Numbered from the stretch's first letter, positions 1-10,348 are shown. The stretch is 64,000 bases of DNA from Bacillota bacterium (GCA_015059365.1 SVAO01000001.1:216-64215), one strand, 5' to 3'. Made by a program: numbers and translations. Notes: generated by a model not told the origin, from the letters alone.

Positions 1-72
1 AATTATACTATAAAATTAATTAATGTCAACACCTTTTTTGAAAAAAATAAAAAAATAGAGAAAATATCTCTA

Positions 73-870
73 TTAACTTAATGCAACATCTAAGATCATC
101 ATGACAGAAAAACCTACAAGTGTGAATAAAGCCATTAAATTTTTCTTTTTATTGGTTTGACTTTCTGGTATTAATTCCTCTACAACAACATAAATCATTG
201 CTCCTGCAGCAAATGAAAGTAGAAAAGGTAACAGTAAACGTATTTTTAATACTAAAATTGCTCCAATAACTCCTGAAATAGGTTCTACAATACCACTCAA
301 TTGCCCAAACCAAAATGCTTTTTTTCTTGATAACCCCTCACGTCTTAATGGAACACTAACTGCAGTTCCTTCTGGAAAGTTCTGAATTCCAATGCCTAAT
401 GCTAAAAGGCATGCTGAAATTAAAGTAGCTCCTTCTAAACCATATGCTATTGAACCAAAGGCTACCCCAACTGCAAGTCCTTCTGGGATATTATGAAGTG
501 TGATTGAAAATATTAACATTAAACATCTCTTAACTTTGTTATTTGAAAAATCTTTCTTTTTACTAATTTTTTTAAAAAAAATGTCTCCAACAAATAGTAG
601 TAAACCCCCACAAAAAAAACCAAAAAAGACTACTAACCAAGGAATCATCTTTAAATTTTCGGCCATTTCAATAGCAGGTGATAATAAAGACCAAAAAGAA
701 GCAGCAATCATAACACCACTTGCGATTCCCAGCATTGCATCCATAACATTCTTATTTACTTTTTTAAATAAAAATACTAATGCAGCTCCTAAAGCTGTAA
801 CTCCCCAAGTAAATAATGTTGCTATGCAGGCCTGTGTGACATGATTTAATTGTATAAAAAAGTTTATCAT
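73..870 (-). CDS. zupT: ZIP family metal (zinc) transporter, ZupT/GufA type
   Basis: Multi-TM protein with ITLHNIPEGLAVG, IQNFPEG and EELIPE motifs; start at the ATG downstream of a GAGGT RBS. Confidence 0.9.
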   Translation of the reverse strand: MINFFIQLNHVTQACIATLFTWGVTALGAALVFLFKKVNKNVMDAMLGIASGVMIAASFWSLLSPAIEMAENLKMIPWLVVFFGFFCGGLLLFVGDIFFKKISKKKDFSNNKVKRCLMLIFSITLHNIPEGLAVGVAFGSIAYGLEGATLISACLLALGIGIQNFPEGTAVSVPLRREGLSRKKAFWFGQLSGIVEPISGVIGAILVLKIRLLLPFLLSFAAGAMIYVVVEELIPESQTNKKKNLMALFTLVGFSVMMILDVALS

Positions 871-986
871 ATATTTATACCTCACTCATTTATAATGTAT
901 GTATTAATTTTAATTTGGTTATTTTTAAATCATATCACGCTAAAAAAAACATATATTTAAGTGTAGAAAGAGAGGAATTAGTTTAT

Positions 987-1247
987 ATGGAAACACTTAA
1001 AGTTTCATCGAAGTCAAACCCTAATAGCGTAGCAGGGGCATTAGCTAACGTATTTAGAGAAAAAGGTAATGTTGAAATACAGGCGATAGGAGCAGGGGCA
1101 TTAAATCAAGCGATAAAGGCTATTGCGATTGCTAGAGGATTTGTTGCTCCAAGTGGTAAAAATTTAGTTTGTATTCCGGCTTTTACTGATATTGTTATTG
1201 ATGGTGAAGAGAGAACCGCCATTAAATTAATAGTTGAGGCTTATTAG
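987..1247 (+). CDS. spoVS: Stage V sporulation protein S
   Basis: 86 aa, METLKVSSKSNPNSVAGALA...QAIGAGALNQAIKAIAIARGF; GAGGA RBS. Confidence 0.97.
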   Translation: METLKVSSKSNPNSVAGALANVFREKGNVEIQAIGAGALNQAIKAIAIARGFVAPSGKNLVCIPAFTDIVIDGEERTAIKLIVEAY

Positions 1248-1307
1248 TCTCTTTTTTTGTTTGACTTTGATTTTATATTTGCACTATAATATAAACAGGT
1301 GAATACA

Positions 1308-1745
1308 ATGAATCAGGAATTAAAAAGAAGTGTTATTTTAGAACATTATCAACATCCAAAAAATAGAGGCCTTATAGAGGATGAGGGATATATAAAAATA
1401 AATATGAATAATGAGAGTTGCATAGACGAGATAGATTTGACATTAATGGTGAAAGATGATAAAATACACGACATTACTTTTGATGGGGAAGCTTGTGCAA
1501 TTTGTATCAGTTCTACGTCAATTATGATTGATACATTAATCGGAAAAACAATTGAAGAGGCAAAAGTTATAATTAAAAATTATTATAATATGATTAATGA
1601 ACAAGATTATGATTCGGATGTCCTAGAACAAGCGATTGTTTATGATGACATATACCGTCAACCAAATCGAAAGAAGTGCGCCTTATTATCATGGTGGGGT
1701 GTTGAAAAGATTTTAAAGGAGTTGGAACAATATGGGAAGCAATAA
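1308..1745 (+). CDS. sufU: SUF system Fe-S assembly protein SufU
   Basis: ILEHYQHPKN, SCIDEI, GEACAIC, RKKCALL (three conserved Cys). Confidence 0.93.
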   Translation: MNQELKRSVILEHYQHPKNRGLIEDEGYIKINMNNESCIDEIDLTLMVKDDKIHDITFDGEACAICISSTSIMIDTLIGKTIEEAKVIIKNYYNMINEQDYDSDVLEQAIVYDDIYRQPNRKKCALLSWWGVEKILKELEQYGKQ

Positions 1746-2160
1746 TTTAAAAATAAGAGAGGTTGTATTAGCAACATATTCACGTGTAGTGGATTCAACT
1801 TATTTAGTTCAACAAACTAAATGTACTGAAAGAACAATTATCGAATTTGATGCTAATGCTAAGATTATATGTGTTATAGACGAACAAAGCAATGTTGCAA
1901 TTAATATTCAAAACGGAAAATACTTTCCTATAATACAAAGGAATGAATTAGGGAAAATCAAATATTCAGAATTAGAAAAGATAAATAGTGGTGCTGTTGT
2001 TGCTTTAAGAGTTTCTGATAAAAATCTACAATATACAAATCCTCTATTTGGGTTTGTGATTAATAATAAAGCCAGAAAAACTTATGCTACCTATTTAGAA
2101 GAGAAACTTGGTAAAAATAAACAACAAAGTTTAACTTTAACAAAAAAGAAAAGTAAGTAA
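1732..2160 (+). CDS. Hypothetical protein inserted between sufU and sufB, basic C-terminal tail
   Basis: 142-aa ORF with AAGGAG RBS overlapping the sufU end; no recognised family. Confidence 0.7.
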   Translation: MGSNNLKIREVVLATYSRVVDSTYLVQQTKCTERTIIEFDANAKIICVIDEQSNVAINIQNGKYFPIIQRNELGKIKYSELEKINSGAVVALRVSDKNLQYTNPLFGFVINNKARKTYATYLEEKLGKNKQQSLTLTKKKSK

Positions 2161-2215
2161 AAACTTTTCTTTTTCTTTTTTTAAAATTTTAGTATAATAT
2201 TTATTGGTGATATTT

Positions 2216-3532
2216 ATGACTGTTGATTTTATTGATATTAATCTTTCTAAAGTAGAAGAAATTTCTAGGATTAAAAATGAACCAGAGTGGATGACAGAGT
2301 TTAGATTAAAATCTTTCAAAAAATTTTTAGAACTTTCTAATCCTAATTTTGGTCCGGAATTAAAAATTGATTTTAGTACAATAAATTATTATAAAAGAGT
2401 AGATGACAATGTTTATGACAATTGGGATAAATTACCACAAGATATAAAAAATACTTTTGATAAACTTGGGTTGCCGGATGCTGAACAGAAATATTTGGCT
2501 GGTGTAGGAGCTCAATACGAAAGCGAAGTTATTTATCATAATATGATAAAAGAATTGGAAGAAAAAAATATAATATTTTGTGACACCGATACAGCGTTAA
2601 AAAAATATCCGGATTTATTTAAAATGTACTTTAATAATTTAGTTAAATATACTGAAAATAAATACACAGCGTTAAATAGTGCTGTTTGGAGTGGAGGTAC
2701 TTTTATTTATGTTCCGCCACACACTAAAATAGATAGACCATTACAAAGTTATTTTAGAATTAACAGTAAGAATATGGGACAATTTGAAAGAACTATTATT
2801 ATCGTTGATGAGGAAAGTGAACTTCATTATATGGAAGGATGTACAGCTCCTACTTATACCAGTGATTCTCTTCATGCAGCTGTAGTTGAAATTTATGTGA
2901 AAAAGGGTGCTAAGTGTAGATATACAACTATTCAAAATTGGTCTAGTGATGTCTATAATTTGGTAACTAAACGTGCGATAGTGGAAGATGATGGATTGAT
3001 GGAGTGGATAGATGGAAATATTGGCTCTAAGGTAAATATGAAATATCCTTCATGTATTTTGGTTGGTAAAGGTGCAAGTGGTAACTGCATTTCGATTGCT
3101 GTGGCTTCTAAAAATCAAAATCAAGATACTGGGGCAAAGATGATACATTTAGCACCTAACACAACAAGCAATATAATTAGTAAATCAATTGCTGCTAGTG
3201 GAGGAAATGCCACCTATAGAGGTACTGTGAATATTAGTAATAAGGCTATTAATTCAAAAAGTGTTGTTAAATGTGATACGATTATTCTAGATGAACAATC
3301 AAAAAGTGATACAATACCAACAAATAAAATTGAAAATGAAACATCATACATTCATCATGAGGCAACAGTTTCTAAAATTGATGAAGAAAAATTATTTTAT
3401 TTAATGAGTAGAGGATTGTCAGAAGATAAGGCAAAGGAACTTTTAATTATGGGGTTTATAGAACGTTTTCGTGAAGAATTACCAATGGAATATGCGGTAG
3501 AATTGAATGCTTTATTAAAAAATTATTTTTAA
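2216..3532 (+). CDS. sufB: Fe-S cluster assembly protein SufB
   Basis: [55 protein letters not shown]. Confidence 0.97.
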   Translation: MTVDFIDINLSKVEEISRIKNEPEWMTEFRLKSFKKFLELSNPNFGPELKIDFSTINYYKRVDDNVYDNWDKLPQDIKNTFDKLGLPDAEQKYLAGVGAQYESEVIYHNMIKELEEKNIIFCDTDTALKKYPDLFKMYFNNLVKYTENKYTALNSAVWSGGTFIYVPPHTKIDRPLQSYFRINSKNMGQFERTIIIVDEESELHYMEGCTAPTYTSDSLHAAVVEIYVKKGAKCRYTTIQNWSSDVYNLVTKRAIVEDDGLMEWIDGNIGSKVNMKYPSCILVGKGASGNCISIAVASKNQNQDTGAKMIHLAPNTTSNIISKSIAASGGNATYRGTVNISNKAINSKSVVKCDTIILDEQSKSDTIPTNKIENETSYIHHEATVSKIDEEKLFYLMSRGLSEDKAKELLIMGFIERFREELPMEYAVELNALLKNYF

Positions 3533-3685
3533 TATAACTTTGTAAACTGTTAATGTTTTTAACCGATTTTTAAAAAATGGTTAAATGAAAAAAGAATATT
3601 TACGATTACTGATAAAAAGAAAAACAAAAAGGCGTATTTGCCTTTATTTTTTTATATTTGTATATTATTAGTGAAAGGAGGAAAT

Positions 3686-4015
3686 ATGTTAAATCAAACG
3701 ATAATTGTAGGAAGAATGATACAAGATCCAGAATTACGAGAAACGGATACGGGAAGAAAGGTGGCAAATGTTACCTTGGCAGTGCCTAGAAGTTTTAAAA
3801 ATTCCAATGGGGAATATGAAACGGATTACATTGATTGTGTATTATGGAAAGGTATTGCTGAAAGTACTGTTCAATATTGTAAAAAAGGTGATTTGGTAGG
3901 AATCAAAGGACGAATCCAAACAAGAAGTTACGAAGTTAATGATACGAAAAAATATGCAACAGAAGTTATCGCTGAGAAAGTAACATTTCTGTCGAGTAAA
4001 AAAGCAGATGAGTAG
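3686..4015 (+). CDS. ssb: Short single-stranded DNA-binding protein (SsbB-like, no long acidic tail)
   Basis: MLNQTIIVGR, TLAVPR, DCVLW, KGDLVGIKGRIQTRSY; 109 aa; AAAGGAGG RBS. Confidence 0.93.
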   Translation: MLNQTIIVGRMIQDPELRETDTGRKVANVTLAVPRSFKNSNGEYETDYIDCVLWKGIAESTVQYCKKGDLVGIKGRIQTRSYEVNDTKKYATEVIAEKVTFLSSKKADE

Positions 4016-4053
4016 TCTGCTTTTTATGGTATAATTAAAATTAAGGTACAATC

Positions 4054-4682
4054 TATGAATAGAATGAATATAGAGGAATTAATAAAATTGCTAGATTTTA
4101 TAAAAATACTTTTGCCACACTTTTTCATTGTATTATTGTTATTGATTGTTTTGCCATTAATTTTTGTTAAAAAAGAGCCTTTAACTTTAACTTTTGATGA
4201 AAATAAAAAGATTGATAAAAAGTAACAATATATTTTGTAATGTTTATAATATCTTTGTTGGTAATTTTTAAGGTAATACCATATGTTATTGGTTTGGTTA
4301 TTGTATTTGGACTTGCATTGATTTTTGACGGAAAAGCAGTGAAGAAAATGGACTGGAATTTATTAGTTACATTTGCAGCGTTTTTTGTTTTTTCTGGAAA
4401 TATTTGAATAAAAGTGTTTTGTTAACTGGAATGTTATCGTGTCAATTTATTAGTAATGTTCCATCTGCTATATTACTTTCTAAATTTACAATGGATTATG
4501 AATCTTTGATAGTTGCTGTAAATATTGGTTCACTTGGGACGCTAATATCTTCATTAGCTAGTTTAATAACATTAAAACATTACTTAAAAGCGGAAAAAAA
4601 TATAGTAAAGTATATCTTGTTGTATACAATTATAAATATGTTGTTTTTATTAGTTTTACTTCTATATATATTTATTTTTTGA
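4054..4682 (+). pseudogene. Fragmented SLC13/ArsB-NhaD (YbiR-like) permease
   Basis: Three short frames carrying family motifs DWNLLVTFAAFFVFSGNI and QFISNVPSAILLS...VNIGSLGTLISSLASLI, interrupted by stops; N-terminal part missing. Confidence 0.75.
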
Positions 4683-4772
4683 CGAATTACTAGATAATTT
4701 CAATATTAAACATAAAAAAAGAAAGATTTTATTAATGATCTTTCTTTTTTTGATGATAGAGTTTTCAATTGG

Positions 4773-4979
4773 TTACTGAGATTCTTTTTTATATTCTTCA
4801 TAGAATAATTCATCGGGCATCATTTTAAATATATCAGCAATTTTAATCGCCATATCATATGAAAGTCTTCTCTTATTATTTTCGATTTGCCAGTAGAAAG
4901 CTTTACTTATTTTTAAAGTGTCAGCCATAGTCTGATGTGTCAATTTATTTTTGATTCTTGTCTCTTTTAGTTTACTCAT
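4773..4979 (-). CDS. Small Cro/XRE helix-turn-helix regulator
   Basis: LKETRIKNKLTHQTMADTLKISKAFYWQIENNKRR, HTH_3 pattern. Confidence 0.9.
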   Translation of the reverse strand: MSKLKETRIKNKLTHQTMADTLKISKAFYWQIENNKRRLSYDMAIKIADIFKMMPDELFYEEYKKESQ

Positions 4980-5003
4980 ATCATCATCTCCTATTAAAAT
5001 TAT

Positions 5004-5100
5004 AAGTTAACTTGTAGATAATTTCAAGAGAAAAATTACTTTTTAGTTAATTTTGAAAAATGACCATTTTTTATTGTTATAATGAAGTTAACAAATAGAT
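5004..5100. promoter_or_regulatory. Putative operator pair AAGTTAAC-N3-TAGAT between divergent HTH genes
   Basis: aagttaacttgtagat at 5004-5019 and aagttaacaaatagat at 5085-5100; the second copy follows a TG-n-TATAAT -10. Confidence 0.55.
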
Positions 5101-5114
5101 GACGGAGGATGGTT

Positions 5115-5471
5115 ATGATTATTGGTGAAAGAATAAAAGAAGCCAGAAAAAAGAAAAATTTATCACAGCAAGATTTAGGTAACTTGCTTGGAGTTTCAAA
5201 AGTATCTATATGTGGATACGAAAAAGGTGTTAGAATTCCAACTATGGAAAATTTTTTACAATTAATAGATATTTTGGATTTGTCACCAGATTACTTGTTA
5301 GGTAGGGATGTTAATTGTATTAGTGACAGTGATGAACAATATAGTGTAAAATTGGCTAAAGAGGATCTTCAAATAATTAAGGAAATAAAAAACAGTCAAC
5401 ATTTATATCAAATGTTTGCAAGTGAACCTAGAAGAACTGTTGAACTTATTAATCGCAAGTTAAATAAATAG
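5115..5471 (+). CDS. XRE/CI-like helix-turn-helix regulator
   Basis: IGERIKEARKKKNLSQQDLGNLLGVSKVSICGYEKG...DYLLG; GGAGG RBS. Confidence 0.9.
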   Translation: MIIGERIKEARKKKNLSQQDLGNLLGVSKVSICGYEKGVRIPTMENFLQLIDILDLSPDYLLGRDVNCISDSDEQYSVKLAKEDLQIIKEIKNSQHLYQMFASEPRRTVELINRKLNK

Positions 5472-5515
5472 TGGTTTATTCACTATTTTTTTGTTATAAT
5501 TAAAATGGTGATAAT

Positions 5516-6787
5516 ATGAATATAAGAAGCATAATTAATAGAAAAAGATTAAAGGAACAGTTGAGTTATAAGGAGATAGAATATGCGATGAAGGGATTCT
5601 TAAACAATGATATTCCGGATTATCAGATGAGTTCATTATTAATGGCAATCGCAATTAACGGCCTGGACGAACAAGAAATCATGGATTTCACTGATGTTAT
5701 TATTAATTGTTGTCAAGTAAAAGAATTAAATAATTATGAATATAATATTGTTGATAAAATTTCTGTAGGTGGCATTAGTGATAATGTTTCTTTGATTCTA
5801 GCCTCTTTAGTTGCTTCTTGTGATACAAAATTTGCTAAAATTGATTTTAGCAGTTCAGGGTACAACGATGGAATAATTGATAAAGTTGAATCTATTTCAG
5901 GATTTACTCCAGTGATGAGTATTCAAGAATATGATAATCAGATTAATAATGTTGGTGTTGTAATAGGGAAAATAGATAAATTAATCCCTGTTTATAGTAG
6001 AATATATAAATTATGTGACATAACTAGTACTTTGTCTTCGATTCCGTTATTTGTGTCAATGATGATGAGTAAAGAAATTATTGGTGGGGTTAATAAGGTT
6101 TTAATTGAAATTAATATTGGCCAAGATGAATTAATAAAAAATATAGGAGAAGCTAAATTATTATCAGAAACTTTTATAAAAATTGGTAAAAAATATAATG
6201 TTGAAGTAATTTGCATTTTGATAGATATGAATGCTTTTTTAGGTAATTCTTTAGGTAATTCTTTAGAAATAAAAGAGGCAATTGAAACATTACAGGGGAA
6301 TGGACCAAAAGATTTAACCAACATGGTTGTTGCTATGGGAAGTTATTTAATAAGTATGGATAAAAAAATCCCATTAGAAAAATCTAAGGATTTAGTGATT
6401 CAAAATATAAAAAATGGTAATGCATATAATAAATTTTTAGAACTAGTAAAAAAACAACAAGGAAATATAAATGATATCCCTATTAGTAACAAAGTTTTTT
6501 CAATCAAAAGTTCTAAAACAGGTTTTGTAACTAAAATTGATACAAAGGCAGTCGAAAATATAATAAAACAAATAGGTGCAGGAAGAAAAGAGTTGGCAGA
6601 TGCTATTGATCATACAGTTGGTATGGTTTTATCAAAAAAAGTTGGAGATTACGTTATTGAAAATGAAGAACTAGCAAAGGTATATTTAAATAAAATAGAT
6701 CTATCTTTAAATCAGGTTTTAAGTTGTTTTGAAATTGGTGAGACATTAGGTCAAATAGAACCTTTGATAAAGGAAATTATTAAGTAG
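5516..6787 (+). CDS. pdp: Pyrimidine-nucleoside/thymidine phosphorylase homolog with degenerate active site
   Basis: IPDYQMSSLLMAI, GNSLEIKEAIETLQGNGP and GAGR..IDHTVG retained; DKHSTGG and KMSGRGLGHTGG motifs replaced. Confidence 0.85.
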   Translation: MNIRSIINRKRLKEQLSYKEIEYAMKGFLNNDIPDYQMSSLLMAIAINGLDEQEIMDFTDVIINCCQVKELNNYEYNIVDKISVGGISDNVSLILASLVASCDTKFAKIDFSSSGYNDGIIDKVESISGFTPVMSIQEYDNQINNVGVVIGKIDKLIPVYSRIYKLCDITSTLSSIPLFVSMMMSKEIIGGVNKVLIEINIGQDELIKNIGEAKLLSETFIKIGKKYNVEVICILIDMNAFLGNSLGNSLEIKEAIETLQGNGPKDLTNMVVAMGSYLISMDKKIPLEKSKDLVIQNIKNGNAYNKFLELVKKQQGNINDIPISNKVFSIKSSKTGFVTKIDTKAVENIIKQIGAGRKELADAIDHTVGMVLSKKVGDYVIENEELAKVYLNKIDLSLNQVLSCFEIGETLGQIEPLIKEIIK

Positions 6788-6801
6788 GTGAATTAGTTAT
6801 T

Positions 6802-7401
6802 ATGCTTTTAGAAGTTTTTAAGATTTTAGCAAGATTTTTATTACCAATACTACTTATTATATTGGGTTTGACTGTTGTTAATATAATGTTAAATTGTAAG
6901 AAATATGGAACAAAAATATTTGCATCATTTAAAAAATATAATTCGAATGGTAAAATGAGAGATTTGGCAATAGATATGTTAAAAAATCAAAATCATAAAT
7001 CTGTACTAATAGTAAATAGAGATGATAATTCATTTTATGCGATAACACATTATGCTGTTTTTGCAATTTACGTATTTGATAATAATGATTCAATCAGTGG
7101 TAACATTAATGATAGGTATTTGAAATGTAATAATATTGACATTTTAAATCCTATACCTAAATTTTTAAATGACAATAATAATATAAAAAATGCTGGAATT
7201 AATTTGGAATGTATATATATTAATGCAAAAAAGGACGTCAAATTAAACATTAATAACTTTAATGAAAAATTTTACACATTAAATGATTTTTATTACAAAC
7301 TATATTCAAATCAACATACTAATATTAAATATTCTTTTGAAGAAGCTACTCATTTAAAAAATATAATAGAGGATGTTATTTATGGCAATAACAAAAACTA
7401 A
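6802..7401 (+). CDS. Membrane-anchored hypothetical protein, possibly a degenerate NERD-like domain
   Basis: N-terminal TM helix; ISGNINDRYL...ILNPI resembles the NERD C-terminal pattern but no clear ExK. Confidence 0.55.
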   Translation: MLLEVFKILARFLLPILLIILGLTVVNIMLNCKKYGTKIFASFKKYNSNGKMRDLAIDMLKNQNHKSVLIVNRDDNSFYAITHYAVFAIYVFDNNDSISGNINDRYLKCNNIDILNPIPKFLNDNNNIKNAGINLECIYINAKKDVKLNINNFNEKFYTLNDFYYKLYSNQHTNIKYSFEEATHLKNIIEDVIYGNNKN

Positions 7402-9130
7402 ATTTATTAATTATACCAGGTGTCCTTATTTCTTTCATTTAGATAATTTATCCAGAGATGATTTAAATAGTAAAGTTTCTTCACAACAATATTTTGATGA
7501 AGAATATAAATTTAATTCTGATATCTCTGATAGTCAATTAGAAGTAATGCTTCCATATTATAAAAAAGTTGAAGAAATCGCCTCAGAAATTGCAAAAAAT
7601 TATTTTGATGGTAGTTTTAGTTTTGCTTATGACACTAAAGAGCAAGAATGCTTTGAATGCAGAATAAATGGCAATTTATATGCTTGTTATGTTGATATAT
7701 ATAATGAAACTTTAGATGGTAGCATTAATATTATCGAGGTAAAAGCAACAACTTCAGATAAGTTTATTGATACTAAATTTTTTCAAAAAGATTCTAGAGG
7801 AATATATAGTTTATTAGAAATAAATGATAGAGTGATTAAAAAATTATTAAATCGTTTTGATAATTGTGGTCGTTATATATATGATATTGCTATTCAACGA
7901 TATATTATAGAGCGTGATTTATATAAAAACGGTCTTTATGATTTAATTGATACAACAAGGTATTTTCTTGCTGTATTAAATAGTGATTATGTATTTAATG
8001 GCATTTATGAAAATGGTGAACCAGTTTATAGTAAAGATGAAAATGGTAATGATATAATTATTTTCATTGATGTAACCGATATTACAAAATTATACCTTGA
8101 TATTATTGATAAACAACGTAAGAATTTGGAACAAATTATTAATGAAAACAATAATGATACTAAGGTTGGACCGTATTGTGAATATAAAAAAATTACAGAA
8201 TGTAAGCATAAAGACTTTTGCTTTAGAAACTTGCCTAATGATAATTCTGTTTTTAGTTATATTGATAGCCATTTGGGATTTTTTGATGAAAATAATTACA
8301 AGTTGTCAATTTATGATTTAATTAATAATAAACAATACAGTATGTTAGATGTACCAATGTCTTATTTAAAGAGGAAGAAAAATATTATTCAAAGAGAAGT
8401 GGTAGAAACTAATAAAATTTATTATAATTTAAATAAAATAAAATCAGGTGTAGAGTTAATTAAATACCCAATTTACCATCTTGATTTTGAAACCTTCCCA
8501 TGCCCGCTTCCACGATTTAAGGGAGAGAGGTGTTATGATCAATCTGTTTTTCAATTTTCACTACATATTGAAGATGAACAGGGATGTGACAAAGAAAACT
8601 CTCATTATGATTTTTTAGCCAAAACAAATAATGATGAACGAGAACAGTTAGTGAAGCATTTATGTTCATTAATTAATAGAGAAGGAACTGTTTTAGTATA
8701 TAATTCTAATTTTGAAAAAAATCGCTTATCAGAATTAGCAAACATATTTCCAGAATATAAAGAAAAATTAGAATTTATTAATAGTATGATTTTTGATCTT
8801 TTGGATATCATAAAATCAAATAAAAAATTATATATGTCTTTAGGATATAGCGAAGAGGAAAGTAGTATGTTTAATTATTATCATAAAGATATGAATGGTT
8901 CTTTTTCCATAAAAAAAATTTTACCATTATTTAGTGACTTAAGTTATAAACAATTAAATGTTTCCAATGGTGTTGAAGCACTAGTAACATACTCTAAATT
9001 TGATAAAATGAACAAAGATGAATATACCGAAGCATATAATGCATTAGTTGAATACTGTAAGCAAGATACATGGGCAATGGTAGAAATTTTGCATGGATTA
9101 CAAGAATTGTCAAAAAATGTCAAATTATAA
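7382..9130 (+). CDS. DUF2779-type protein: PD-(D/E)XK nuclease-like N-terminus plus RNase H/DEDD-like C-terminus
   Basis: YVDIY...IIEVKATT; HLDFET, FQFSLH, VYNSNFE, GSFSIKKILP, YCKQDTWAM. Confidence 0.8.
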   Translation: MAITKTKFINYTRCPYFFHLDNLSRDDLNSKVSSQQYFDEEYKFNSDISDSQLEVMLPYYKKVEEIASEIAKNYFDGSFSFAYDTKEQECFECRINGNLYACYVDIYNETLDGSINIIEVKATTSDKFIDTKFFQKDSRGIYSLLEINDRVIKKLLNRFDNCGRYIYDIAIQRYIIERDLYKNGLYDLIDTTRYFLAVLNSDYVFNGIYENGEPVYSKDENGNDIIIFIDVTDITKLYLDIIDKQRKNLEQIINENNNDTKVGPYCEYKKITECKHKDFCFRNLPNDNSVFSYIDSHLGFFDENNYKLSIYDLINNKQYSMLDVPMSYLKRKKNIIQREVVETNKIYYNLNKIKSGVELIKYPIYHLDFETFPCPLPRFKGERCYDQSVFQFSLHIEDEQGCDKENSHYDFLAKTNNDEREQLVKHLCSLINREGTVLVYNSNFEKNRLSELANIFPEYKEKLEFINSMIFDLLDIIKSNKKLYMSLGYSEEESSMFNYYHKDMNGSFSIKKILPLFSDLSYKQLNVSNGVEALVTYSKFDKMNKDEYTEAYNALVEYCKQDTWAMVEILHGLQELSKNVKL

Positions 9131-9188
9131 TCAGATTATTGAATTAATATAAATTGTATTATAAGATAATAATAGAGGAGGGGAAAGT

Positions 9189-9389
9189 GTGATATATCCA
9201 TCTATAGATAAATTATTAACTAAAGTAGGTTCAAAATATTTATTAGTAAATTTAGTTTCAAAACGTTCTAAAGAGATGAAAGAAACTGAACATTATCAAA
9301 TGAAAGAAAATGAATATAAGTCTAAAAAAAACATTGGAAGAGCTTTGGAAGAGGTAAATAAAGATTTAATTCATATAATTAATAATTAG
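9189..9389 (+). CDS. rpoZ: RNA polymerase omega subunit
   Basis: MIYPSIDKLLTKVGSKYLLV...KRS...ALEEV. Confidence 0.95.
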   Translation: MIYPSIDKLLTKVGSKYLLVNLVSKRSKEMKETEHYQMKENEYKSKKNIGRALEEVNKDLIHIINN

Positions 9390-9557
9390 AACCTATGTGT
9401 GACTTTTGTTAGATTTAAATATATTGATTGTTTAAAATGTGATTTATTATAAATCACTTTTTTTATAATTAAAATTGATACTCATAAAAATGTGAATAAA
9501 ACTTTTTATAATATTGTTTTAGAAACAAATGTTTGGTATAATGTTTTTGGTGATGTC

Positions 9558-10328
9558 ATGAATATAGAGAAAATTGCACGTAATAAAAATGGAAAATATA
9601 AGATTGTCTTTGACAATAAACAATCATTAACTACATATGATGATGTCATATTAAATAACGGAATATTATTTAAAAAACAATTAACTAGTGAAGAATTTAA
9701 TAAGATTAACAATGAAAATAATTATTATGACATATATAATAAAACCATCAAATTTATTTCAGTTAAAATGCGTAGTTTAAAAGAGATAACTAATTTCTTA
9801 GAAAAAAAGGGGATTGATGAACAAGATAAAGAAAAAATAATAACGAAATTAAAAGAAATAAATTTGATTAATGACGAAAGATTTGCAAATGCGTATTTTC
9901 AGGACCGATTGCATTTGACTAGTGATGGCCCAAACAAAATAAAACAGGAATTACGTAATAATGACATTAGTGATATAGTTATTGATAATATTTGTGCTAA
10001 ATTAGATATAAATTTTGTTTACGATAAATTAGATAAATTAATTCGTAAAAAAATATCATCAAACCATAATAAGTCTAGTTACATGTTAAAACAAAAAATA
10101 ATTAACGATATGATTAATTTAGGATATGATAAACATATGATATTAGAATTATTAGAATATAAAGTAGTAAATGATAATAGTATCGTCAATAATGAGTATA
10201 GTAAATTAAGAAAAAAATTAGGATATAAATATTCTGGATTTGAATTAGAAAATCAAATAATATTAAAGCTTAAACAAAAAGGATTTTCAAACGAAGAGAT
10301 AAATAATATAGAAAAAGAAGATTACTAA
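9558..10328 (+). CDS. recX: Recombination regulator RecX
   Basis: MRSLKEI, INDERFA, GPNKIKQEL, LKQKGFS. Confidence 0.9.
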   Translation: MNIEKIARNKNGKYKIVFDNKQSLTTYDDVILNNGILFKKQLTSEEFNKINNENNYYDIYNKTIKFISVKMRSLKEITNFLEKKGIDEQDKEKIITKLKEINLINDERFANAYFQDRLHLTSDGPNKIKQELRNNDISDIVIDNICAKLDINFVYDKLDKLIRKKISSNHNKSSYMLKQKIINDMINLGYDKHMILELLEYKVVNDNSIVNNEYSKLRKKLGYKYSGFELENQIILKLKQKGFSNEEINNIEKEDY

Positions 10329-10348
10329 AATTTGTAATCTTCTTTATT

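Noticed and set aside
500-844. 114-aa + strand ORF and the many other short antisense or alternate-frame ORFs in the track (e.g. 5992-6324, 35320-35706, 44774-45196, 51200-51463)
   Set aside because: They overlap well-supported genes, mostly on the opposite strand, and show no RBS or family motifs; shadow ORFs
4773-9130. Possible prophage
   Set aside because: No integrase, replication, terminase or structural genes, and no att repeats seen
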